This document shows positions 30,359 through 38,892 of a DNA stretch of 56,676 bases, piece after piece (the first letter of the stretch is position 1; each line of letters opens with the position of its first letter). Source of the DNA: an uncultured Rickettsiales bacterium (GTDB lineage: Bacteria; Myxococcota_A; UBA796; UBA9615; CAYRNR01); NCBI GenBank assembly GCA_964493735.1, contig CAZBPN010000007.1:2302-58977 (forward strand), read 5' to 3'. The position numbers and the translations under genes were made by a program. Under the pieces are notes generated by a model. It did no database searches. It saw only the letters and a program-made list of their open reading frames with translations, and was not told the DNA's origin.

Positions 30359-30425
30359 TGCCCTGCTTCGATCCGTGCCAACCGTGCGGAATTGAAGGGA
30401 AAGTCAACGACAAGCGAGGTCAGCG

Positions 30426-31181
30426 ATGTCCGGTCACAGCAAGTGGTCGACGATCAAGCGCAAGAAGGGCGCCGCGGACGCAAAGCGTGGCAAGCTCTTC
30501 ACCAAGCTCATCCGCGAGGTCACGGTGGCGGCCCGCGAGGGGGGCGGCGATCCCGACGCCAACCCACGCCTCCGCTCGGCGATCGCCACGGCCAAGGCGG
30601 CCAACATGCCCGCCGCCAACCTCGAGCGCGCCATCAAGAAGGGGGCGGGCAACGATCCCGACACCCAGTACGAGGAGGTCTCCTACGAGGGCTACGCCCC
30701 CGGCGGGGTGGCGATCTTCATCGAGTGTCTGACCGACAACCGCAACCGGACCGGGCCCGAGGTGCGGCACCTGATCACCAAGCGCGGCGGCTCCATGGGC
30801 CGGACCGGCACCGCGGCGGCGGCCTTCAACCGGCGCGGGCGGATCGTCGTGCCCGCCGAGGATCTCGACTTCGACACGGTGTTCGAGGCGGCCCTCGAGG
30901 CGGGGGCCGAGGACATGGAAGACAACGGGGGCGAGTTCGAGATCCTGACCGCCCCCGACGAGCTGGACGCCGTCCGCCGCGGCATGGAGGAGGCCGGGGT
31001 GGCCCTCGGCGAGGTCGGGTTGACGATGGAGCCCATCTCCACCGTCCCGCTCGAGGGCGACGGAGCGGCCCGCGTCCTGCGGCTGGTCGAGGCCATCGAG
31101 GATCTGGACGACGTGCAGCACGTCTACGCGAACTTCGACATCTCCGACGAGGAGATGAACCGGATCGCGGAAGGATCGTGA
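30426..31181 (+). CDS. yebC: YebC/PmpR family DNA-binding transcriptional regulator
   Basis: Canonical N-terminus MSGHSKWSTIKRKKGAADAKRGKLFTKLIREV. 251 aa. Confidence 0.95.
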   Translation: MSGHSKWSTIKRKKGAADAKRGKLFTKLIREVTVAAREGGGDPDANPRLRSAIATAKAANMPAANLERAIKKGAGNDPDTQYEEVSYEGYAPGGVAIFIECLTDNRNRTGPEVRHLITKRGGSMGRTGTAAAAFNRRGRIVVPAEDLDFDTVFEAALEAGAEDMEDNGGEFEILTAPDELDAVRRGMEEAGVALGEVGLTMEPISTVPLEGDGAARVLRLVEAIEDLDDVQHVYANFDISDEEMNRIAEGS

Positions 31182-31705
31182 GCGGGATCGTCTTCGGCAT
31201 CGATCCCGGCAGCGTCGTCACCGGCTACGGCGCCGTCTCCTCGACGGGAGGGCGGCTCGTCTGCGTCGACTGTGGCGTGGTCAAGACGCCGTCCCGCTGG
31301 GCGTTTCCCGATCGCCTGAAGACGATCCACGAGGGCCTGGTCGAGGCCATCGAGCGAAACCAACCCGAGGCGGTCGCCGTCGAGAGCGTGTTCCACGCCC
31401 GCCACGCGGCCAGCGCCCTGAAGCTGGGGCAGGCTCGGGGCGTGGCCCTGCTCGCGGCGGCCCAGGCCGGGCTCCCGATCCACGAGTACGCCCCCGCCCA
31501 GGTCAAGCGGGCGGTGACCGGGAGCGGCCGGGCGGACAAGGACCAGGTGCGGCAGATGGTGGAGACCCTGCTGGGGCGCAAGATCGACCTGCCCGCCGAC
31601 GCCACCGACGCGCTGGCGGTGGCCATCTGTCACAGCCACGCCTCGCCGCTGGCCGACGCGCTGGCGGCGGCCGCGGCCCGGGGCGGGGGGAGGAAGCGCC
31701 GATGA
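31178..31705 (+). CDS. ruvC: Crossover junction endodeoxyribonuclease RuvC
   Basis: GTG at 31178 overlaps the yebC stop (GTGA). Sequence: VSGIVFGIDPGSVVTGYG...EAVAVESVF...DATDALAVAICH. Confidence 0.9.
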   Translation: MSGIVFGIDPGSVVTGYGAVSSTGGRLVCVDCGVVKTPSRWAFPDRLKTIHEGLVEAIERNQPEAVAVESVFHARHAASALKLGQARGVALLAAAQAGLPIHEYAPAQVKRAVTGSGRADKDQVRQMVETLLGRKIDLPADATDALAVAICHSHASPLADALAAAAARGGGRKRR

Positions 31706-32307
31706 TCGCCTCGCTGCGTGGCGAGCTCACCTCCACGAGCGCCGACGGCGTGGTGATCGACGTGAACGGGGTCGGTTACGAGGTCCGCGTGCCCGCGACC
31801 ACCCTGGCCACCCTGCCGCCGGTGGGCGAGACCGTCTCGATGGTGATCCTGACCCAGGTCCGGGAGGACGCCATCACCCTGTACGGGTTCCGCTCCATCG
31901 AGGAGCGGGATCTCTACCTGGCGCTGATCTCCATCAACCAGATCGGACCCAAGCTCGCCATCGCGATCCTGGGCAACATCACCCCCGGCGAGCTGGTGGA
32001 CGCCATCGGGCTGGGGGACACCAAGCGGCTCTCGATGATCCCCGGGGTGGGCAAGAAGAGCGCCCAGCGGATGATCCTGGAGCTCCGCGACAAGCTGCCC
32101 CAGCAGTTCCCGGAGCTGCCCGACGCGGCCCCGGCGGCGGCGAGCCCATCCTCGGTGCAGACGGACCTGATCGAGGCCCTGGAGGGGCTCGGCTTCCGGC
32201 GCGCGGAGATCCAGGGCGCGCTCAAGGCCATCAAGCCGCGCCCGGACGAGACCCTCGAGGAGCTGCTGCGCCGCTCCCTGAGCGAGCTGTCCCCCAGGGG
32301 ACGGTAG
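31702..32307 (+). CDS. ruvA: Holliday junction DNA helicase subunit RuvA
   Basis: MIASLRGEL...VVIDVNGVGYEVRVP...; HhH region GIGPK-like (QIGPKLAIAIL, IPGVGKKSAQRMILEL). ATGA overlap with ruvC. Confidence 0.95.
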   Translation: MIASLRGELTSTSADGVVIDVNGVGYEVRVPATTLATLPPVGETVSMVILTQVREDAITLYGFRSIEERDLYLALISINQIGPKLAIAILGNITPGELVDAIGLGDTKRLSMIPGVGKKSAQRMILELRDKLPQQFPELPDAAPAAASPSSVQTDLIEALEGLGFRRAEIQGALKAIKPRPDETLEELLRRSLSELSPRGR

Positions 32308-32340
32308 GATTCCCACGGGCTCGGAGCGAGGAGGCGTCGG

Positions 32341-33363
32341 ATGGACGAAGACCCCCGCGAGGTGACGCCCCTGTCGGTGGCCGACGACGACGCGATCTCG
32401 CCCCGACTGCGCCCCACCTCCCTGGCCGAGTACGTGGGCCAGGAACGCGCCAAGGCCAACCTCCGCATCTTCATCGAGGCGGCCCGCCAGCGGGGGGAGG
32501 CCCTGGACCACGTGCTGCTGGCCGGCCCCCCCGGGCTCGGCAAGACCACGATGGCCCACGTCATCGCCCGGGAGATGGGCGTCCAGGTCCGCGCGACCTC
32601 CGGGCCGATGGTGGAGCGCTCGGGGGACCTGGCGGCACTGCTGGCCAACCTGGAGGCGGGCGACGTCCTGTTCATCGACGAGATCCACCGCCTGCCCAAG
32701 CCGGTCGAGGAGGTGCTCTACCCGGCGATGGAGGACTTCAAGCTCGACCTGATCCTGGGGCAGGGGCCCACCGCCAGGTCGGTGCCGGTCGCCCTGCGGC
32801 CCTTCACCCTGGTGGGCGCCACCACCCGGACCGGGCTGCTCACATCGCCCCTTCGGAGCCGCTTCGGTATCAACCTGGTGCTGGACTTCTACGAGCCGGA
32901 CGAGCTGCGGGCGATCATCGTGCGCTCGGCGGACATCCTCGGGATCCCCCTGTCAGGGGACGGCGCCGTCGAGCTGGCCCGCCGATCCCGGGGCACACCG
33001 CGGATCGCCAACCGTCTGCTGCGGCGGGTCCGGGACTTCGCCCAGGTGGAGGGGGACGGCAACATCACCCATGCGGTCGCCGACGCGGCCCTCGCGCGGC
33101 TGGGCGTCGACGATCAGGGGCTCGACACCATGGACCGCCGGATCCTGCGCACGATCGCCAGCAAGTTCGGCGGCGGACCCGTGGGGCTGGAGACGATGGC
33201 CGCCGCCATCGGCGAGGAGAAGGACACCATCGAGGAGGTCTACGAGCCCTTCCTGATCCGGGAGGGGTACCTCCAGCGCACCCCCCGCGGTCGGGTGGCG
33301 ACCCCCCGGGCCCACGAGCACCTCGGGATCCCGGCGCCGCCGCGGACCGAGGAGCTGTTCTGA
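32341..33363 (+). CDS. ruvB: Holliday junction DNA helicase RuvB
   Basis: [13 protein letters not shown], Walker [10 protein letters not shown], Walker [10 protein letters not shown], and [16 protein letters not shown]. Confidence 0.97.
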   Translation: MDEDPREVTPLSVADDDAISPRLRPTSLAEYVGQERAKANLRIFIEAARQRGEALDHVLLAGPPGLGKTTMAHVIAREMGVQVRATSGPMVERSGDLAALLANLEAGDVLFIDEIHRLPKPVEEVLYPAMEDFKLDLILGQGPTARSVPVALRPFTLVGATTRTGLLTSPLRSRFGINLVLDFYEPDELRAIIVRSADILGIPLSGDGAVELARRSRGTPRIANRLLRRVRDFAQVEGDGNITHAVADAALARLGVDDQGLDTMDRRILRTIASKFGGGPVGLETMAAAIGEEKDTIEEVYEPFLIREGYLQRTPRGRVATPRAHEHLGIPAPPRTEELF

Positions 33364-33794
33364 TGGCCCGGGTGGTGGCGATGGCCGTGGTGGGTTTCCT
33401 GGCGACCGGCTGCGGTGGCTCGGGGCTGCAGACCACCCGGCTCACCGTCGGCGGCGCCAGCCTCAAGGTGGAGCTGGCCATCGACGCCGGCGATCAGGCG
33501 CGGGGGCTGATGTACCGCAAGAAGCTCGGCGCCGATCGGGGCATGCTGTTCGTGTACGAGGGCGAGGAACATCGGTCGTTCTGGATGAAGAACACCTACA
33601 TCCCCCTGTCCATCGCCTACATCGACGCGGAGCGGGAGATCGTCCACATCACCGACATGCTCCCCCGCTCCATGGATTCCCACCCGTCCCTCCACCCCTG
33701 CCAGTACGCGCTCGAGGTCAACCGGGGCTGGTTCGACGAGAACGGGGTGGTCGTGGGCGATCGGGTCGAGTTCGAACTGCCCGAGAAAGATTGA
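33363..33794 (+). CDS. DUF192-domain lipoprotein
   Basis: Lipobox FLATGC. DUF192 signatures ARGLMYRKKLGADRGMLFVY, FWMKNTYIPLSIAYID and YALEVNRGWF. Its start overlaps the ruvB stop by 1 nt. Confidence 0.8.
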   Translation: MARVVAMAVVGFLATGCGGSGLQTTRLTVGGASLKVELAIDAGDQARGLMYRKKLGADRGMLFVYEGEEHRSFWMKNTYIPLSIAYIDAEREIVHITDMLPRSMDSHPSLHPCQYALEVNRGWFDENGVVVGDRVEFELPEKD

Positions 33795-33863
33795 CCTCGC
33801 GCGGGCGCGGCCCTTGGCCACCGCCCGCACTTCGGCTATGAATGGGGCACCTCTGGAGGTGGC

Positions 33864-34745
33864 GTGCGCCAACGGACCCTGGCCCGGACCCTGCGCTTCG
33901 AGGGGATCGGCCTCCATGGCGGTGAGCCCGTGGCCTGCGCCGTCTCCCCGGCGCCGGAAGACCACGGGATCGTCTTCCGCCGGGTCGACATCCCCGGCGC
34001 GCCGCCGATCCCGGCCCGCCTCGAGCACGTGGTCGGCACGCAGCTGGCCACCACCCTCGGCATCGACGGCGTCCGTGTGGGCACCGTCGAGCACCTGACC
34101 GCCGCCCTCCGGGGCATGGGGATCGACAACGCCCAGGTGGACGTGGACGGCGCCGAGATCCCGGCCATGGACGGCTCCGCCCGGGAGTTCGTCGAGTCGA
34201 TCCGCGGCGGCGGCACCGTCGACCAGGACGCGGGGGTGGAGATCCTCCGGGTGGTCGACTGCGTGGAGCTGGTCGACGACGCCTCGGGGCGCCGGGCGCG
34301 GCTGGAGCCCGCCGACGAGTTCCTGCTCGAGTGCGAGATCGCGTTCGACCATCCCCTGCTCCGCCACCAGCAGATCCGCTTCGGCGGCAGCCCCGAGCGG
34401 TTCGCCGCCGAGATCGCGCCGGCGCGCACCTTCGGCCTGCTCGCGGACGTGGAGAAGATGCACGCCGCCGGCCTGGCCCTGGGGGGCGGGCTCGAGAACG
34501 CCGTCGTCTATGGCCCCGACCGGGTGCTCAACCCCGAGGGGCTGCGGTTCGAGGACGAGTGTGTCCGCCACAAGCTGCTGGACATGATCGGCGATCTCTC
34601 CCTGCTCGGCGGCGCCCTGTGCGGCCGCTTCGCCGCCAGCCGCAGCGGGCACGAGTTCAACCTGCGGCTGGTCCGCGAGGCCCTCGAACGCGGCGCCATC
34701 ACCCGGGACGCGGCGCCCCCCCTCACCCTGTCCGCCAGCGGCTAG
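33864..34745 (+). CDS. lpxC: UDP-3-O-acyl-N-acetylglucosamine deacetylase LpxC
   Basis: RQRTLARTLRFEGIGLHGGEPV..., TVEHLTAALRGMGIDN, and HKLLDMIGDLSLLG...SGHEFN. A GGAGG RBS precedes the GTG start. Confidence 0.92.
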   Translation: MRQRTLARTLRFEGIGLHGGEPVACAVSPAPEDHGIVFRRVDIPGAPPIPARLEHVVGTQLATTLGIDGVRVGTVEHLTAALRGMGIDNAQVDVDGAEIPAMDGSAREFVESIRGGGTVDQDAGVEILRVVDCVELVDDASGRRARLEPADEFLLECEIAFDHPLLRHQQIRFGGSPERFAAEIAPARTFGLLADVEKMHAAGLALGGGLENAVVYGPDRVLNPEGLRFEDECVRHKLLDMIGDLSLLGGALCGRFAASRSGHEFNLRLVREALERGAITRDAAPPLTLSASG

Positions 34746-34754
34746 GCTGCGGTC

Positions 34755-35441
34755 TTGGCCGGCCCCTCCCGACTGGAGCCCTTCCTGCTCTCGTGGGGAC
34801 TGTGCGCCGTGGGCGCCCTGGCCGGACACGCCGCCCTGGACTGGCTCGGCGACGATCCCGTCGGTCCGGCGGCGCTCGGCGCGGCCGCGCTGGTTGCCGT
34901 GGTCGGGGGGACGGCGGCGGCCCTCCTGCTCGGGAGCCGCCTGGAGCCGGCCGAGCAGCGTGGCGGCGGCCGGGCGCTGGCGGCGGTCCTGGTGGTGCTG
35001 GTCGGCCTGAGCTTCGCGCACGGGGTGCCGGCGTCCTCCCCCGCGCTCTGGACCTCGATCGGCGCCGTGCTGATCCGCGTGGCGCCCTGGGCCCTCGCCC
35101 TGGCGGTGGTGCCCGCGATCGGGACCCTCCCGGACCTGTCGCTGGGTCCCCGCGAGACCTCCCATGACGCGCGGCTGCGGCGGGCCGCCTCCTACTGGCT
35201 GACCGCGTGGGGCGCTCCTGCCACCGCGATGATGCTGCTGATGTGGCGCGGCTGGACCGGCCTGCCCTACTGGACACTGGCCCTGCTGCTGCCGCTGGCG
35301 CCCCTGCTGATGACCCTCGGGGTGCGGATCGGCGAGGTGGACCTGCTGTCGCGGGCCGTCCGGATTCGCGTGGCGGCGGTATCCTGGATCGCCACGCTGC
35401 CTGCCCTGGCGGCGGGTGTCGCCCGGGAGATGGTGCCTTGA
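34755..35441 (+). CDS. Hypothetical polytopic membrane protein
   Basis: About 6 hydrophobic helices. It lies 9 nt after the lpxC stop, and its stop overlaps the next start (TTGA). No family recognised. Confidence 0.55.
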   Translation: MAGPSRLEPFLLSWGLCAVGALAGHAALDWLGDDPVGPAALGAAALVAVVGGTAAALLLGSRLEPAEQRGGGRALAAVLVVLVGLSFAHGVPASSPALWTSIGAVLIRVAPWALALAVVPAIGTLPDLSLGPRETSHDARLRRAASYWLTAWGAPATAMMLLMWRGWTGLPYWTLALLLPLAPLLMTLGVRIGEVDLLSRAVRIRVAAVSWIATLPALAAGVAREMVP

Positions 35442-36439
35442 TCGGTGAAGTGCCCCGCGATCCCGCCCCGTCCGCGCCCCCCCCGGTGGCCGCGCCGGCG
35501 GCGGTGCGGCCGCCGCCCAACCTGATCGGGCGCCGCCGCTGCGGCCACTGCGGCGTCCTGCTGCCCCCGGGCGGGCGGCCCGGCTATCCCTGTCCCTACT
35601 GCCGCCGGCCGGTGGTGTTCGCGCCGCTGCCGGTGCCCCGCGGACCGGCGGGGTGGTGCCACAGCCACCCGACCCGACCGTTGACCGGGATCTGCGCCAG
35701 CTGCGGGGTCTTCACCTGCGTGGAATGTGAGGTCAGCATCCGCGGCGTCCGCTACTGCGACGACTGCCGCGAGCTGCACGCCCGCCACCTGGCCGCGCCG
35801 GTGCCCTGGGAGGAGCGGCGGGAGATCGGCCGGTTCCGCGCCTGGTGGCGGACCACGGTCGAGATCACCGCCCGCCCCCACCTGATGTTCGAGCACATGC
35901 GTCCCCGCGGGGACCTGGGCTCGGCCGTCTCCTACGGGCTGGTGGGCTGCGTCATGCAGTCGTCGACCCAGCAGCTCTTCCTGGCGATGTACATGCTGAT
36001 GATCTTCGCGGTGGGCATCGCGATGGCCTTCAGCGGCGCGTCGGGCAACGACGCGCTGGTCATGCTCGCAGTCGGCGGCGTCATCCTGGCGGTCATGATC
36101 GGGACACCGCTGCTGGTGTTCATCTCGTTCATGGTGCTGGCCTCGCTCCAGCACGTGGCCCTGCGGCTGGTGGGGGCGGGCCAGAACGGGCTCGAGGCGA
36201 CGCTCAAGGTGGCCTGCTACGCCCTCGGCACCGGCTGGGTGGGCATCGTCCCCTACTTCGGCGCCACCGTTCAGCCGATCTGGTGGACGGTCCTGATGGT
36301 GATCGGGGTGGCCAAGGCGCACCGCTGCTCTCCCACCAAGGCCCTGGTGACCCTGATCCCGGTGCTGCTGGCGTGCGTGGCACCCGTCGTGGCCTGGATG
36401 GCGGTCATCGTGATCGCCGCCATCGCCGAGGCCCTCTGA
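35438..36439 (+). CDS. Zinc-ribbon + B-box-type zinc finger + Yip1-like 5-TM membrane protein (paralog A)
   Basis: I trimmed the track ORF 35207.. to the TTG at 35438; a GTG at 35450 is an alternative. Zinc motifs: CGHCG...CPYC, then WCHSHPTRPLTGICASCGVFTCVECEVSIRGVRYCDDCR. This is followed by WEERREIGRFRAWWRTT and five hydrophobic helices. Confidence 0.68.
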   Translation: MIGEVPRDPAPSAPPPVAAPAAVRPPPNLIGRRRCGHCGVLLPPGGRPGYPCPYCRRPVVFAPLPVPRGPAGWCHSHPTRPLTGICASCGVFTCVECEVSIRGVRYCDDCRELHARHLAAPVPWEERREIGRFRAWWRTTVEITARPHLMFEHMRPRGDLGSAVSYGLVGCVMQSSTQQLFLAMYMLMIFAVGIAMAFSGASGNDALVMLAVGGVILAVMIGTPLLVFISFMVLASLQHVALRLVGAGQNGLEATLKVACYALGTGWVGIVPYFGATVQPIWWTVLMVIGVAKAHRCSPTKALVTLIPVLLACVAPVVAWMAVIVIAAIAEAL

Positions 36440-36855
36440 TGCGGCTGACCTGGGGGCCCCGGCCCCTGCGGCGCCACCTGGACGAGCGCCCCGCGTTCGC
36501 CGCCGTCTTCCTGATCCTGTTCCTGGCGGCCCGCTTCTTCCCCTTCCACCGCAACCCGTACATCTGCAGCTTCAAGCAGGTCACCGGCTACCCCTGCTTC
36601 ACCTGCGGGATGACCCGTTCGTGGGTCGAGCAGGTGCACGGCCACCTGTTCCAGGGGCTGTTCCAGTCCCCCTACGGCAGCATGCTGTTCTTCCTGGCGC
36701 TGGCGTTCACGGTCTGGACCGGGCTCCGGCTGGCCTTCCGGCTGCCCACGCTGAGCCTGCGCTTCACCCGGCTGGAGAACTACGTGGTCTGGGGCGGAGC
36801 GCTGGTGCTGCTGCTGGTCAACTGGGTGTACACGGTGCTCGCGGGCGTGGCGTGA
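36439..36855 (+). CDS. DUF2752-domain membrane protein
   Basis: In-frame ATG at 36439; the previous stop TGA at 36437-36439 and this ATG at 36439-36441 share one nucleotide (TGATG). Hallmark sequence CSFKQVTGYPCFTCGMTRS plus 3-4 TM helices. Confidence 0.75.
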   Translation: MRLTWGPRPLRRHLDERPAFAAVFLILFLAARFFPFHRNPYICSFKQVTGYPCFTCGMTRSWVEQVHGHLFQGLFQSPYGSMLFFLALAFTVWTGLRLAFRLPTLSLRFTRLENYVVWGGALVLLLVNWVYTVLAGVA

Positions 36856-37775
36856 CCGGGGCGGCCGCCATCCCGCGCTGCGCGATCTGCGGCGCGGAGC
36901 AGCCGCCGTACGCCAGCGAGGGGGAGGGCTGCGACGAGTGCGGGCGGATCCTCGGGTTCGCGCCACCGCCGGTGGCCCGCGGTCCCAGCGGCTGGTGCCC
37001 CCACCACCCGGACAGCCCGGTCACCGGGGTCTGCGCCCGCTGTGGCGTCTTCACCTGCACCGACTGCGACGTCAGCGTGGGCGGCATCCGCTACTGCACC
37101 CGCTGCCGGGTCCGGCAACGCAAGGCGTTCACGGCGCCGGTGGCGTGGGAGGAGCGGACGCGGCTGGGCCGCTTTCGCGCCTGGTACCGCACCACCACCC
37201 AGGTCACAGGCCAGCCCGGCACGTTCTTCGAGCGGCTCGACCCGGAGGCCGGGATCGGCGGGGCGCTGGTGTTCGCCCTGATCGGCGCCTGCCTCCTCCA
37301 GTCGGGACAGGCGGCGGTGCGGCTGATGGGGTTGCTCGCGACCGCCCTGACCCTGGTCACCCAGGTCGTGCTCGATCCCCAGGCTCCGGGCACCGTCGCC
37401 ATGGCGGTGGGCATGCTCGGCAAGGTCGTGACCCTGCTGGTGTCCCCGCTCGCCTTGCTGCTGCTCTACCTGACCGTGGCCGCTCTGCAACACCTGGCGC
37501 TCCGGATCGTGGACGCGGGTGGGGAGCGGGGGATCGGCGCGACGATCAAGGTGGGCTGCTACGCCTTCGCCCTCGGCTGGCTCGGGATCGTGCCCTGGCT
37601 GGGGCACCTGGCGTTCCCGATCTGGTGGACCGTGGTGATGGTGATCGGCACGGCCCGGGTCCACCACCGATCCACCACCCGCACCCTGGTGGTGGTGCTG
37701 CCCACGGCGCTGTTGCTGCTGGCGCCCGTCGCGGCCTGCGTCGTCGGCGTGCTCCTGGGGGCGTTCGCGGTCTGA
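36852..37775 (+). CDS. Zinc-ribbon + B-box-type zinc finger + Yip1-like membrane protein (paralog B)
   Basis: GTG at 36852 overlaps the DUF2752 stop (GTGA). Zinc motifs: CAICG...CDECG, then WCPHHPDSPVTGVCARCGVFTCTDCDVSVGGIRYCTRCR. WEERTRLGRFRAWYRTT follows. It is colinear with paralog A. Confidence 0.68.
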   Translation: MTGAAAIPRCAICGAEQPPYASEGEGCDECGRILGFAPPPVARGPSGWCPHHPDSPVTGVCARCGVFTCTDCDVSVGGIRYCTRCRVRQRKAFTAPVAWEERTRLGRFRAWYRTTTQVTGQPGTFFERLDPEAGIGGALVFALIGACLLQSGQAAVRLMGLLATALTLVTQVVLDPQAPGTVAMAVGMLGKVVTLLVSPLALLLLYLTVAALQHLALRIVDAGGERGIGATIKVGCYAFALGWLGIVPWLGHLAFPIWWTVVMVIGTARVHHRSTTRTLVVVLPTALLLLAPVAACVVGVLLGAFAV

Positions 37776-37875
37776 TCGGGGGACCCGCATCGACCGTCGG
37801 TTTGCGGTCCGCCCACCGACGCCAGTAGAGTGAAGGGGCCGGCGGCACGGTCGAGCCGGCACGCGGAGAGACACC

Positions 37876-38892
37876 ATGGCTGACGCCCCACCCCCCGGGG
37901 ACGACGACCACAACCCGCCCCCGCCAGACGACGAGGCCGAGGCCAGGCGCCTGCTCGACGAGCTGCTCGGCGGCAGCGCCGAGGCCATCGCCCTGTGCGA
38001 GGGGGCGGTCTGTCTGTCCACGCCCCGCGGCATGGAGGTCGTCGACGGCGCCAGCCTGGAGCGGCGCCCGCGGGTGGGCGTGGGTGGCCGCCTGCTCGGC
38101 ATCGCGGCCACCGACGACGCGATCCTGATGGCGGACGACCGGGGACGGCTGCTGCGCTGGGACCAGGGTGGCGCACCCGGCGAGTGCCGCGCCGACCCGG
38201 CGGTGACCGGCTGGTCCGTGGCCAGCCGCGGAGACCGGGTGGCCCTCACCGGCGCCGGCCAGGTGCTGCTGGTGGACGCCCGCGACGGTTCGCTGCTGGC
38301 CCGGGGCGCGATGCCCGATCTGGACCACGCCAGCGCCCTGTTCGTCGCCGGAGACGACGAGGTCCTCAGCGCCGAAGGCAACATGGTCGTGCGGCTGACC
38401 CGCGAGGGTCGCCGGCTGGAGCTCACCGCACACTGCACCCTCGGCCAGGGGGAGATCATCGCCCTCGCCCAGACCCGGCCCGACCCCGGCGGCGAGCCGG
38501 CGGTCGTGGCCTTCGACGAGTTCGGCTGGCTGCACGTGCTGCGGCCTGGGGGGGCGACCGGGCTCGAGCCCTCGGGGGCCATCGAGCTGGAGCTCGACGG
38601 GGGTGTACCCCGCCGGGCCGGGATCCACTGCGCGGGCCACCAGGTGATGGTCGCCAGCGGCACCAGCTTCCTCCACCTGCTCGACCTGCGGCCGCCGCCC
38701 GGGCTGGACGAGCCGGTGCTGATGGCCACCGTCTGCGCCGGGATGGCCCTGGCCGACGTGGTGGCCGACGACCGGCGGGTCTACCTGGCCGACGCCTTCC
38801 GCGGGCTGATCGTGCTGGATCGGGCGATGTTCGAGGTCTGCCACGACGACCCGGAGCTCGCCCGGGTGGCGCTGGTGGACGGGGGGATCTAG
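37876..38892 (+). CDS. Hypothetical cytoplasmic protein, possibly beta-propeller-like
   Basis: Coding-like composition, with a Pro/Asp-rich N-terminus (MADAPPPGDDDHNPPPPDDE) and no signal peptide. Repeated D-x-G-x-L-L/LVxD-like strands, e.g. RGLIVLD. Family uncertain. Confidence 0.55.
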   Translation: MADAPPPGDDDHNPPPPDDEAEARRLLDELLGGSAEAIALCEGAVCLSTPRGMEVVDGASLERRPRVGVGGRLLGIAATDDAILMADDRGRLLRWDQGGAPGECRADPAVTGWSVASRGDRVALTGAGQVLLVDARDGSLLARGAMPDLDHASALFVAGDDEVLSAEGNMVVRLTREGRRLELTAHCTLGQGEIIALAQTRPDPGGEPAVVAFDEFGWLHVLRPGGATGLEPSGAIELELDGGVPRRAGIHCAGHQVMVASGTSFLHLLDLRPPPGLDEPVLMATVCAGMALADVVADDRRVYLADAFRGLIVLDRAMFEVCHDDPELARVALVDGGI

